Positions 35,580 through 46,071 of a stretch of 64,000 bases of DNA are shown here, piece by piece. The DNA is from an uncultured Acidimicrobiaceae bacterium (GTDB taxonomy: Bacteria > Actinomycetota > Acidimicrobiia > Acidimicrobiales > RAAP-2): contig CAVSTF010000016.1 in assembly GCA_963730785.1 (NCBI GenBank), forward strand, positions 165,573 through 229,572. The letters are read 5' to 3'. The position numbers and the translations under genes were made by a program. Each line of letters opens with the position of its first letter. Position 1 is the first letter of the stretch. A model generated the notes under the pieces. That model saw nothing but the letters and a program-made list of their open reading frames with translations, was not told the DNA's origin and did not search any database.

Positions 35580-37649
35580 CTAAATGCGGGGGACGCGTGG
35601 TGGCCAGGCCAGCGGGAGATTCTCGTCGACCAAGCTGAGGTTTTGGTTATAGGCCGGGTCGTTGCGGAGCAGTTCGCCCCAACGTTCGTGCATGAAACGC
35701 TTTTCCCGCTCGAAGTGCGGGGCACGATCCCCTTCGATGTCGGAACCCCGGCTGATCGATTCATGGTGCACGAGCTCGGCGAACGGGGTGAAGATGACGC
35801 GCCAGCCCGCTTCCCGGAGACGTAGGCAGAAGTCGATGTCATTAAAGGCGACCGGAAGGTTGATGGCGTCCATACCGCCAACCTGATCCCAGGCTTCACG
35901 ACGAACCAGCATGCAGGCGGCCGTGACGGCTGAGTACGAACGAGGCAGTTGTATGCGGCCCTGATCGGCAAAGGAGAGTCGGTCGTTGAGGCGCAGAGCG
36001 TGACCGGCAATGCCGAGCATGCCCAAAATGACGCCGGCGTGCTGCACCAGACCGTCGCTGTAGTACAGCTTGGCCCCGACCGCGCCGACATGTGGCTGCA
36101 GCACCTGCGACACCATTTCGTGCAACCAGTCGCCGTTCAGCACTTCGGTGTCGTCGTTGAGAAGCAGGATCAGTTCCCCGTCGCATTGCGCCACGGCCCG
36201 ATTGTTGATGTCGGCGTAGTTGAATGGGCTCTCGTCCCGGATCACCTTGAGCCACGATTCATTGGTGGCCAGGTACTCCAGCACCGGATAGTTCAGGCTT
36301 CCGTTGTCGACCACCGTGATGTCGAAATTTGGATAGGTGGTGCGGAAGCGCAGGCTGTCGAGGCAGCGGTGGAGGAAGACGCCGTCCCGGGTCGGCACCA
36401 CAATGCTGACCTTGGGCAATTCGGTGGGCAAGGTCCACCGGACCCGGTTCCATCCGGTTGACTTGATCGGGATGACGTCACCCGGAGTGCCGAGTCGTTC
36501 CAGTTGGTCCGCCACGGACCGTTCGCCGGCATCGGCGGCATAGGACTTGGCCGACAACGATCCGGCCGTCGAGTTCGAGTGGATGCGCCAGTGGTACAGC
36601 ACGCGGGGTACGTGCCCGACCTGAGACGGTTTCAGTTGCTCGGTGACTCGCAATGCGAGGTCCCAGTCCTGGCTGCCTTCGTAACCCTCGCGGAAGCCCC
36701 CGACCTGGTCGACCAGGTCCTTGCGGTAGAGGGCCAGGTGACACAGGTAGTTCTGCGCCATCAGGAGCAGCGGGTCGAATTCGGTCTTGAAGAACGGCTC
36801 GAGACGTTCGCCCGCCTCGGTGATCTTGTCCTTGTCGCTGTAGACCACGCCCAAGTCGGGTTCCGCCATGATCTTGAGCGCCATCAGGGCCAGGGCGCAG
36901 TCCGCCAACTTGTCGTCGTGATCGAGGAAGGCCAACCAGGTGCCGGACGCCATGTCAATCGCCGTGTTCGACGCAGCCGAAATGTGCCCGTTCTCGGGGC
37001 GTCGGTAGAACTTGATGCGTGGCTCAGACGCGGCCAGCTCTTCCATGGCCGTCGCGATGGATGTGTCCGGTGAGTTGTCGTCGACGATGCACAACTCCCA
37101 GTGCGGGTAGATCTGACCACGGACCGAGTCGATGGCTTCTCGGAGGAAGTGCATCGGTGTGTTGTAGATGGGGAAGACAACCGAAATGAGGGGAGGGTCG
37201 ACCAGGTTCGAGACTTGATAGCGCAGGCGCTCCCTCGATGCGTCGTCGAGCTTCTCGTAGGTGTCGATCCACACGAGGTAGGAGGGGTCGACTTCGGCCG
37301 GTTTGCCCGGAATGTGCTCGAGCCGTACCGGCGGCGGCACCTTCTTGGAGGTGCGGTTCAGAAAATAGAGGGAACGCAGCTTGTTGGTGTAGCGATAGAA
37401 GCGGGTCCGGTGGATGGCCTCGACGTAGGCCTCCTGCTCGGCCAGCTTGCGCTCGGCGCTGAGCAGACGTCGGGCCAGCTTGTCCTGCGCCCGCTCAGCG
37501 GTGACATAGGCCTCGGAGGCGGCAAATGCCTCGGCCGAGCGGCGGATGGACACGTCCGCCAGGTCGCGGCGGGCCTGCTCCAACTGCAATTTCAGGTGAG
37601 CCGATTCCATGTCCAGGCTCGGGCCGTTCGGCATCTCGGGCTCGCTCAC
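35580..37649 (-). CDS. large glycosyltransferase with N-terminal coiled-coil and two intact GT2 (GT-A) domains
   Basis: Domain 1: ISVVFPIYNTPMHFL...CIVDDNSPD...AFLDHDD. Domain 2: VSIVVPTRDG...ITVVDNGS...LLLNDDTE...GAVGAKLYYSDGLVQHAGVILG. Paralog of 8795-10522. Confidence 0.8.
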   Translation of the reverse strand: MSEPEMPNGPSLDMESAHLKLQLEQARRDLADVSIRRSAEAFAASEAYVTAERAQDKLARRLLSAERKLAEQEAYVEAIHRTRFYRYTNKLRSLYFLNRTSKKVPPPVRLEHIPGKPAEVDPSYLVWIDTYEKLDDASRERLRYQVSNLVDPPLISVVFPIYNTPMHFLREAIDSVRGQIYPHWELCIVDDNSPDTSIATAMEELAASEPRIKFYRRPENGHISAASNTAIDMASGTWLAFLDHDDKLADCALALMALKIMAEPDLGVVYSDKDKITEAGERLEPFFKTEFDPLLLMAQNYLCHLALYRKDLVDQVGGFREGYEGSQDWDLALRVTEQLKPSQVGHVPRVLYHWRIHSNSTAGSLSAKSYAADAGERSVADQLERLGTPGDVIPIKSTGWNRVRWTLPTELPKVSIVVPTRDGVFLHRCLDSLRFRTTYPNFDITVVDNGSLNYPVLEYLATNESWLKVIRDESPFNYADINNRAVAQCDGELILLLNDDTEVLNGDWLHEMVSQVLQPHVGAVGAKLYYSDGLVQHAGVILGMLGIAGHALRLNDRLSFADQGRIQLPRSYSAVTAACMLVRREAWDQVGGMDAINLPVAFNDIDFCLRLREAGWRVIFTPFAELVHHESISRGSDIEGDRAPHFEREKRFMHERWGELLRNDPAYNQNLSLVDENLPLAWPPRVPRI

Positions 37650-37729
37650 GCCCGGAGGTTACCATCGCGACGATCGGCTTCCGGCGATTCCCCCCTGGCG
37701 GAGCTAGCCAGAATATGCCCTTGACCTGG

Positions 37730-38666
37730 CTATTTGTCCTTGGACGTGGTCATCGAAGCCACCAGTCCGTCGAGAATGTCCGACTCCGAAACGAGGCATT
37801 CCGACATCTCGAGACGCCGCATCGTCTGGCGCAATATGAGTGCCCCGCCGACAATGACATCCTGCCGTCCCTCCACCATGCCCGGTCGCAGGCGCCGGTC
37901 GGCCGCCGCCTCTTGGGACAGCAGATCGCACCAGCGCTCGACGTCGGCCAGGGTCAGGATGGCGTGGTGCACCTGGTCTCGGTCGTAGGTGGTCAGACCC
38001 AGATTGAGCGACGTAATGGTCGTGACCGTGCCCGCGAGACCGATGAGGCGACTCTGCGGTCGAAGCGAAGCCAGTGCCGGTACCGCCGCCAGCGCTCGAT
38101 CGAGTTCCGATGCGATGCCTTCCAGCAGGTTGACGAGTTCTTCCGCGCGTTGGTGGATCATGCTGCAGGTAGCGCTCCGACATCCGCACACATCCCATCT
38201 GAGTGGAATAGGCGCCGATGTGGCCGTCCCGGGCCACAATGAGCTCGGTTGATCCACCGCCGATATCGAGCACGACATCGTCCCCGGCGCAGGGCGCCAG
38301 GCCAGCGGTCGCACCGGCATAGGACAACTCGCCCTCTTCGGTGCCGCTGAGGATTTCGGCTTCGGTGCCCGCCGCCTCGGCCGCCTGGGCCAAGAACTCA
38401 CTGCCGTTCTCGGCATCGCGAGCGGCCGACGTGGCCGCCAATCGCGAGCGTTCGACACCGGTGGCGTCCATGATCTGCCGGTACTCGCGCAATACCGACA
38501 GGGTGCGCTCGACCGCTTCGGGGGCCAACCGACCGGTGGCGTCGACCCCTTGGCCGAGCCGGGTGATGCGCATTTCGCGGGCGAGGACCGCACCGCTGGG
38601 ATCCACCACCAACAATCGGGTCGAGTTCGTCCCGCAATCAAGGGCGGCCACGCGTGGGGTCTGCAT
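37730..38666 (-). pseudogene. ppx: Ppx/GppA exopolyphosphatase, interrupted by a single frameshift near 38143-38150 (probable 1-nt insertion in a CGCGCG run)
   Basis: N-terminal part (AALDCGTNSTRLLVV...SERYLQHDPPT) is in the 37704-38666 frame. C-terminal part (AEELVNLLEGIASEL...) is in the 37730-38734 frame. Removing one base restores ...HDPPTREELVNL. Confidence 0.8.
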
Positions 38667-38700
38667 GCCATTGGATTAGCACACCGGCCAGGAGGCCCCG

Positions 38701-39155
38701 CTAGCGCTCGAGGCCGATTTGGGCGGCGGCCCACTCCCCCACGGGATCGTCACCGCCGGCCAACCACCACGCCACATGGGCGTGGAGGCACTTCACCCCC
38801 TGCCGTGTGCCACCAACGCCACCGCTGGGCTTGGGCCCGGTCCAGTCGTCGGGCAGCAAGGCATCTCGCTCGGCCGCATAGCGATGATGGGCCGCCGATA
38901 GCAGCTCCGGTGAGACCGCCGCCTCGGCTTGCCGGACCCCGCCCGTTGATTCCAATCGGCTCACCTCAGCCCGGACCTCGGGGTCGATCAACCAATACCG
39001 GGTCGGCATGGGCGTGCCGTCATTGAGCAGTGGTGCGTTGGCGATCACCATCGGTTGCCCATTGGGTCGGCGGACCGTCACCTCGAAGCTTCCGGCCGGG
39101 ACCCGACCCAGCAGCTCGGTCACCGCCAGCACGTCGTCCGACGTGCTCGGGGTGC

Positions 39156-39159
<4 letters not shown>
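38701..39159 (-). CDS. DUF501 domain protein
   Basis: Conserved actinobacterial partner between the ftsB-like gene and ppx (Rv1025-like position). RYWLIDPE motif. Confidence 0.7.
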
Positions 39160-40995
<1,836 letters not shown>

Positions 40996-41007
40996 CTAGT
41001 TGGTGCC

Positions 41008-42420
41008 TCAGGGCGATTTAGGGACAGCCTCCGTTGCCTGAATCTGGGCCGTGTAGGCCAGTGCTCGATCACGCAGTGCCTGCTCGGGGTCAATGCTGAG
41101 GCGACGAGCCAAGTTGGCCACCCCGAACAACAGCTCGCCGATCTGGCGCACGGCGCTGGCATTCTCACTATCCAAGGTGTCATCCGCACCGGTCGATGGA
41201 TTGCTGGTGGCGGCCCGGTTGGTCGATTCCAGCAACGCCACCAGTGTGGTGACGTCGTTAGCCAATACCGGATCGGGCATGCCCACCGACATGGCCTTGC
41301 GCTGCAGTTTGGTGGAGAGCAACAAAGCTGGAAGGTGGGTTGGAATGCCCTCGGTCACACTGCTGCGACCCTTCTCCTGCTTCTTGATGGCTTCCCAGTT
41401 GGTCACGACTTGGTCGGCCGAATCAACCTCGACGTCCCCGAACACATGCGGGTGCCGGTGCACCAGCTTGTCGTGCACGCCTTGGGCCACATCGGCCAAG
41501 GTGAACTGCCCCTCCTCCTCGGCCAGCCGGGCATGGAACACGATCTGGAATAGGAGGTCACCCAGCTCTTCCTGCAGGTGGGTGGCGGCGGCAACAGAGT
41601 TGTCCGAGGCGTCCATCTCGCCCAGGGCGTCGAGGACTTCATAGGACTCCTCCAGCAGATGCGGCATCAGCGTGGCATGGGTCTGCTTGCGATCCCACGG
41701 GCACTCCGCCCGCAACCTGGCCATCAGGTCTTCGAGGCGAGCCATCTCACGTTCCACCGAGCGCGTGGCTCGAGCCGGCACGAACAGTGAGGTGAGATGG
41801 TCCGGTGCGATGGTGCGGTCCATGTCCCACCAACCCACGGTCAGCACCTGTTCGTCGGGCAATCCCAAATGATGCAGCACGACCACGTCGGGCAGGTCTT
41901 CGTCCTCATGCGCCGAGAGCTTCACCTCAGAGAGCAAGTTCGTGGTCCAGCACTGGGCGATGAGGAGGGGGCCATGGCCGTCGTGCTGGCCGAACTGCTC
42001 GGCGTCGACCAGGCGCACCCCCTCGGAAATGGGATCGAGGCCCAAGCGCTCCCAGGCCAGGTCGAGAAACGACAGCGCTGGTATCACGGTCACATCCACG
42101 CGGGGGTCGGCCCGCAACAGTTCCACCGTCCGCTCGGCAATCAGGGGCGAACCTGGCACGGCATAGGTGAGCTCTTCCACCGTGGACGCGGCCGCGACGA
42201 GGGTCTCAACCAAGGCGCCATAGACCTGTTCAAAGGTGTCGGCCGATTCGTACAGCTCGTCGAGCGACGGCACTTGGCTGAACGCCTGGGCCGCCGGGTG
42301 GCGACGGGTGCGCAAGTAGGCGGTGCCCCGCCCGAGGCGTTCGATCACGCCCGCGCTGAGGTACTCAGGCCCGGCCGGGCCCAGACCCACCACGGTGATG
42401 CGGGGACGAGGCCGTCCCAC
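41008..42420 (-). CDS. mazG: MazG-family NTP pyrophosphohydrolase with N-terminal tetrapyrrole-methylase-like domain (YabN-type architecture)
   Basis: N-terminus ITVVGLGPAGPEYLS...VPGSPLIAERT is a TP_methylase-like fold. Two MazG repeats follow: EVLDALGE...ELGDLLFQIV, and a second near the C-terminus (IGELLFGVANLAR). Confidence 0.85.
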   Translation of the reverse strand: MGRPRPRITVVGLGPAGPEYLSAGVIERLGRGTAYLRTRRHPAAQAFSQVPSLDELYESADTFEQVYGALVETLVAAASTVEELTYAVPGSPLIAERTVELLRADPRVDVTVIPALSFLDLAWERLGLDPISEGVRLVDAEQFGQHDGHGPLLIAQCWTTNLLSEVKLSAHEDEDLPDVVVLHHLGLPDEQVLTVGWWDMDRTIAPDHLTSLFVPARATRSVEREMARLEDLMARLRAECPWDRKQTHATLMPHLLEESYEVLDALGEMDASDNSVAAATHLQEELGDLLFQIVFHARLAEEEGQFTLADVAQGVHDKLVHRHPHVFGDVEVDSADQVVTNWEAIKKQEKGRSSVTEGIPTHLPALLLSTKLQRKAMSVGMPDPVLANDVTTLVALLESTNRAATSNPSTGADDTLDSENASAVRQIGELLFGVANLARRLSIDPEQALRDRALAYTAQIQATEAVPKSP

Positions 42421-42423
42421 GCG

Positions 42424-43593
42424 CTACCCGGGCGTTCCGGTGGAGGAAGTCGCTGGAGCGGTCGCCACGGTGGCCACGTTGACGGCGGGGTTCAAGACCT
42501 CGAGTTGGCTGGGCGCCGTCGGCGGCAGCACGGCCAAGTCCTTGACCGTCCACGTGCCGTAGCGAGCGTCGATGGAGACGTTCGCCTTTTCTTCGGCCTT
42601 GCTGATCGCGGTGTGGGTCTTGGAGGCGCCCGCACTCTGCACGGCCAACTTCACTTCGGCCAGGGCGGTCGTGAACGGTGACTGCGTGAACTTGGTGAAC
42701 TCGAGCAGCACGTAGTCGCTGCCGTCTGTGATCGGAGTCGACACCGTGTTCACCGGTAACGAGGCGAGCCCGATGCTGGCCGGCACCTGGCTGGTGATTT
42801 GGTACTTGATCGGGCAACCCTGAGCCCCACCACCACCGCCAGCCGCCGTGGCGGCGGCGATCACTGTGTCGAATGAGGAGCCGGGCGTTGCTTGGGCTGC
42901 GGCCGCCTGGGCATCGGCCAGGGAGGGGAAGGTGGCGACCGAGTAACAGGCTTCCTCGAAATCGCCGTTGTGCTCATAGAAGTATTTCTGCAGGTCTTGC
43001 GTGGAGGAACCGACGCCCGACAACTGCTCCTCCAGCAGGCTGACCGTGGCGGCGTACTTGACCAGATTGTTGACGAACGCCGACGGCATGGTCTTCAACA
43101 CCTCGGCGCCGGTGGTGGTGGAGGTGGCGCCGGGGCAGGAGATGTTGTTCGACTGGAGCTCCTGCAAAATGGACGTCACTTGCACATCCAGGTTGGCCCG
43201 CGCGGTGGCCAGCTCGGCTTTGGTCACCGAGATGTGATCCTGGTCGGCCAGTTGGAACACAATGTCGTGCCCGATTTCGGTGTTGAGGAAGGTCGACACG
43301 AACGCGGAGTTCACGGCGGTGTAGGGACCATCGTCGGACTGCAGGCCGGCGCCGAACACGTTGGGCGCCGCATCCTGACCTTGGGTGGCCACGAGCTGCT
43401 CACCGTTCAGGAAGCAGTAGTAGAGCTTGCTGTGCGCCACCGCGGTGACGTCGGCGGTCAGCGAGTTCTGACTGATGGTGACGCCGTTCACGCTGGCCGC
43501 ATTGGTCGGCACCGCGAACGATGCCCAGGCCAGGCCACCGGCCAGGACGATGAGGAGAATCAGGAGCCGCTTCACGCGCCGCGCATAGTACAA
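42424..43593 (-). CDS. membrane-anchored secreted protein, possibly SurA-N-like chaperone domain (hypothetical)
   Basis: N-terminal TM (LLILLIVLAGGLAWA) and no lipobox. Sits in the mazG-mfd interval. Confidence 0.5.
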   Translation of the reverse strand: MYYARRVKRLLILLIVLAGGLAWASFAVPTNAASVNGVTISQNSLTADVTAVAHSKLYYCFLNGEQLVATQGQDAAPNVFGAGLQSDDGPYTAVNSAFVSTFLNTEIGHDIVFQLADQDHISVTKAELATARANLDVQVTSILQELQSNNISCPGATSTTTGAEVLKTMPSAFVNNLVKYAATVSLLEEQLSGVGSSTQDLQKYFYEHNGDFEEACYSVATFPSLADAQAAAAQATPGSSFDTVIAAATAAGGGGGAQGCPIKYQITSQVPASIGLASLPVNTVSTPITDGSDYVLLEFTKFTQSPFTTALAEVKLAVQSAGASKTHTAISKAEEKANVSIDARYGTWTVKDLAVLPPTAPSQLEVLNPAVNVATVATAPATSSTGTPG

Positions 43594-43686
43594 GGTGCCG
43601 CTGAGAAGCTCGAAATTCTGGGCCTCCAGCAGGCATTTCGATCCCCACCTGCCTCTGGTCTTTGCCCTATCGTGACGGGCTTCGAC

Positions 43687-46071
43687 ATGCGCGTCCCCTT
43701 ACTGGCCCCGGACCACCCCCGCCTGACGGGGGGGACTGCCCGGGTCAGACGAATGGTGTCCGGCCCGCATGTGGTGCCCGTGCTGTTGGTGGTGGTCGCC
43801 GTGGTGGCGGCCAATGGGCTGTACCTCTTCCACATTCTCAACCCGAACCCCATCAATCTGATTTCCAAAATTGGCGTGGTCAACAAGGGGGGCTACCTGG
43901 TCGGCTCGCCGGCGCTCGATCCGAACTATGGGTTCACCGCCCAATCGCTCGGGCACCTGGTCGCCCTGGACTGGCTGCACGGCCACATCCCTTGGTGGAA
44001 TCCCTACGAGGGGCTCGGGGCCCCGCTGGCCGGCGAAATGCAGTCCGGCGTGTTCTTCCCGCCCACCCTGCTCCTGTATTTCTCGGACGGGCAGATCTAC
44101 TCGCACGCGTTGATCGAGCTGGTGGCCGGCCTCAGCACCTACTTCCTCCTGGTTCGGATGGGTCTGGGCCGAGCGGCGTCGGTGGCCGGCGGAGTGGCCT
44201 TCGCGCTCACCTCGGCCTATGCCTGGTTCTCCCACGCCCCGGCCAACCCCATCGCCTTCCTCCCGCTGCTGTTGCTGGGGGTCGAGGGTGCGGCCAAGGC
44301 GACTGATTGGCGGCGCTCCTGGAGCTGGGTGACCATCGCGGTCGCCCTGGCCCTCTCCCTCGGCGCCGGGTTTCCCGAGACGGCCTATTGCGACGGGCTC
44401 GTCGCTGGCTTCTGGATCGTGGCCCGCGCCATCAGCCTGCGCCGACTCTGGTGGCCCTTCGTGGCCCGGGTGTTACTGGGCGCCCTCGTCGGCCTCCTGC
44501 TGGCGGCACCCGTGCTGGTGGCCTTCCTCGACTATCTCAAGGTGTCATTCGTCGGCGGCCACGATGGCGTGTTCTCTGGGGTGTCGCTGCCGCACGCCGC
44601 CTTGGCCCAAGAGGTCACGCCGTACATCTTCGGGCCCATCGCCGCCTTCAGCACCGCCGACAAGTCGGGCACGTTGGCCAGCGTGTGGGGGAACACCGGG
44701 GGCTACCTGTCGGTCGCCGTCATCATTTTGGCTTTGATCGGCTTGTACGGCTCGCGCCACCGGGCCGTTCGTATCGGCCTGGTGGCCTGGGTCGTGGTCG
44801 CCCTCGGCCGCAGCTTCGGCGTCACTCCCTTTCTGCAGATCATCAACGACCTGCCGGCCATGCGTTCGGTGGCCTTCTACCGCTATGCCAATCCGAGTTG
44901 GGACCTGGCCCTCATTGTGCTGGCCGCCCTCGGACTCGACGACGTGGTGCGCAGGCTGGTGCCCCGATGGTGGATCCTTCTCTGCACCGCCCTCACGTTG
45001 CTGATGGTGTACCTGGCCCGACTGGGCGCCAGCGTGACCTTGGCCCACCTCCACCGGGTGGCCCAAAGTCAGCTCTGGGCAAACTGGTCGGTTGGATGGG
45101 CCTTGGGCGTGACCGTTGTGCTCGCCATCATCGCCCTGCAGTTGCGCAACCGGGTCGGCGCCGTCCTGCTGTGCGCCATCGTCTGCCTCGACGCGGTGGG
45201 CATGTTCATCGTGCCCGAGCTCTCCGCCTCGCAGTCAGCCCACATCGAGACCGGAGCGGTGACGTACCTGCAGCAACATGCCGGCCTCTACCGCTTCTAT
45301 ACCTTCGGTCCGTTGGGACCGAACTACGGCTCCTATTTCGAGATCCCGTCGTTGAACGCCAATGACCTCCCGACACCCGAACTGTTCGCCCACTACCTCA
45401 TCAAGCATCTCGACAAGGATGCCTATCCGACCATCTTCAATGGCAACTATCGCCACAAGGCATCGGGGCCCACGTCGGTACAGGAATTCTTCCTGCACTT
45501 GCACGCCTTCGAAACCGCCGGGGTCAAATACTTCATCACCAACCCCGGCTTCGACCCGCCGGCCAACGAGGGCATCCGGCGAGTCCACGCCGACTCCATC
45601 GACGATGTGTTCTCACTGCCCGATCCACATCACTTCTTCCAGGTCGTGTCAGGTGGGGGCTGCCTGTCGGACGATCGGGCGGTGGACACGGTGGGCCTGA
45701 TCTGCATCAAGCCGGCCACCATTGTGCGCCACGAGCTCTATATGAAGGGCTGGACCGCCACCGTGAACGGCAAGCAGGTGCCAGTCACTCGAGATGGTCC
45801 CTTCGAAGAAGTCAAGGTGGCCAAGGGCGATTCGGTGGTGCACTTCACCTTCGCCCCCCCACACCTGGAGGCGGCGGTGGGTGCTTTCGTGTTGGGTCTG
45901 CTCCTGATCATCCCCTTCCCCATGTTCCTGCGGCGCCGGCGGCTCAGTTCCCTTCGGCCGCCGGCGGGAGTAGGTCCTCAATCAGTTCACGCAAGGCATC
46001 GGCGGCCAGTGTCCCCTTCGGCAAGGGCACCAGGAGCTGATCCAATTCCTCGCGGTAGGTCGCCCCGGTGA
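43687..46071 (+). CDS. large polytopic GT-C-like membrane protein (YfhO-like?) with C-terminal extracytoplasmic domain and final TM
   Basis: More than 12 hydrophobic helices, an HGHIPWWNPYEGLG loop motif, ~250 aa soluble domain, and a terminal TM (AVGAFVLGLLLIIPFPMFL). Start set to the in-frame ATG 43687; the track ORF from 42892 overlaps the upstream minus-strand gene. Confidence 0.55.
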   Translation: MRVPLLAPDHPRLTGGTARVRRMVSGPHVVPVLLVVVAVVAANGLYLFHILNPNPINLISKIGVVNKGGYLVGSPALDPNYGFTAQSLGHLVALDWLHGHIPWWNPYEGLGAPLAGEMQSGVFFPPTLLLYFSDGQIYSHALIELVAGLSTYFLLVRMGLGRAASVAGGVAFALTSAYAWFSHAPANPIAFLPLLLLGVEGAAKATDWRRSWSWVTIAVALALSLGAGFPETAYCDGLVAGFWIVARAISLRRLWWPFVARVLLGALVGLLLAAPVLVAFLDYLKVSFVGGHDGVFSGVSLPHAALAQEVTPYIFGPIAAFSTADKSGTLASVWGNTGGYLSVAVIILALIGLYGSRHRAVRIGLVAWVVVALGRSFGVTPFLQIINDLPAMRSVAFYRYANPSWDLALIVLAALGLDDVVRRLVPRWWILLCTALTLLMVYLARLGASVTLAHLHRVAQSQLWANWSVGWALGVTVVLAIIALQLRNRVGAVLLCAIVCLDAVGMFIVPELSASQSAHIETGAVTYLQQHAGLYRFYTFGPLGPNYGSYFEIPSLNANDLPTPELFAHYLIKHLDKDAYPTIFNGNYRHKASGPTSVQEFFLHLHAFETAGVKYFITNPGFDPPANEGIRRVHADSIDDVFSLPDPHHFFQVVSGGGCLSDDRAVDTVGLICIKPATIVRHELYMKGWTATVNGKQVPVTRDGPFEEVKVAKGDSVVHFTFAPPHLEAAVGAFVLGLLLIIPFPMFLRRRRLSSLRPPAGVGPQSVHARHRRPVSPSARAPGADPIPRGRSPR

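Noticed and set aside
17000-36000. Accessory stretch as a prophage or integrative element
   Set aside because: No integrase, recombinase, transposase, capsid/terminase-like genes or flanking direct repeats were found. The only mobile signature is the group II intron.
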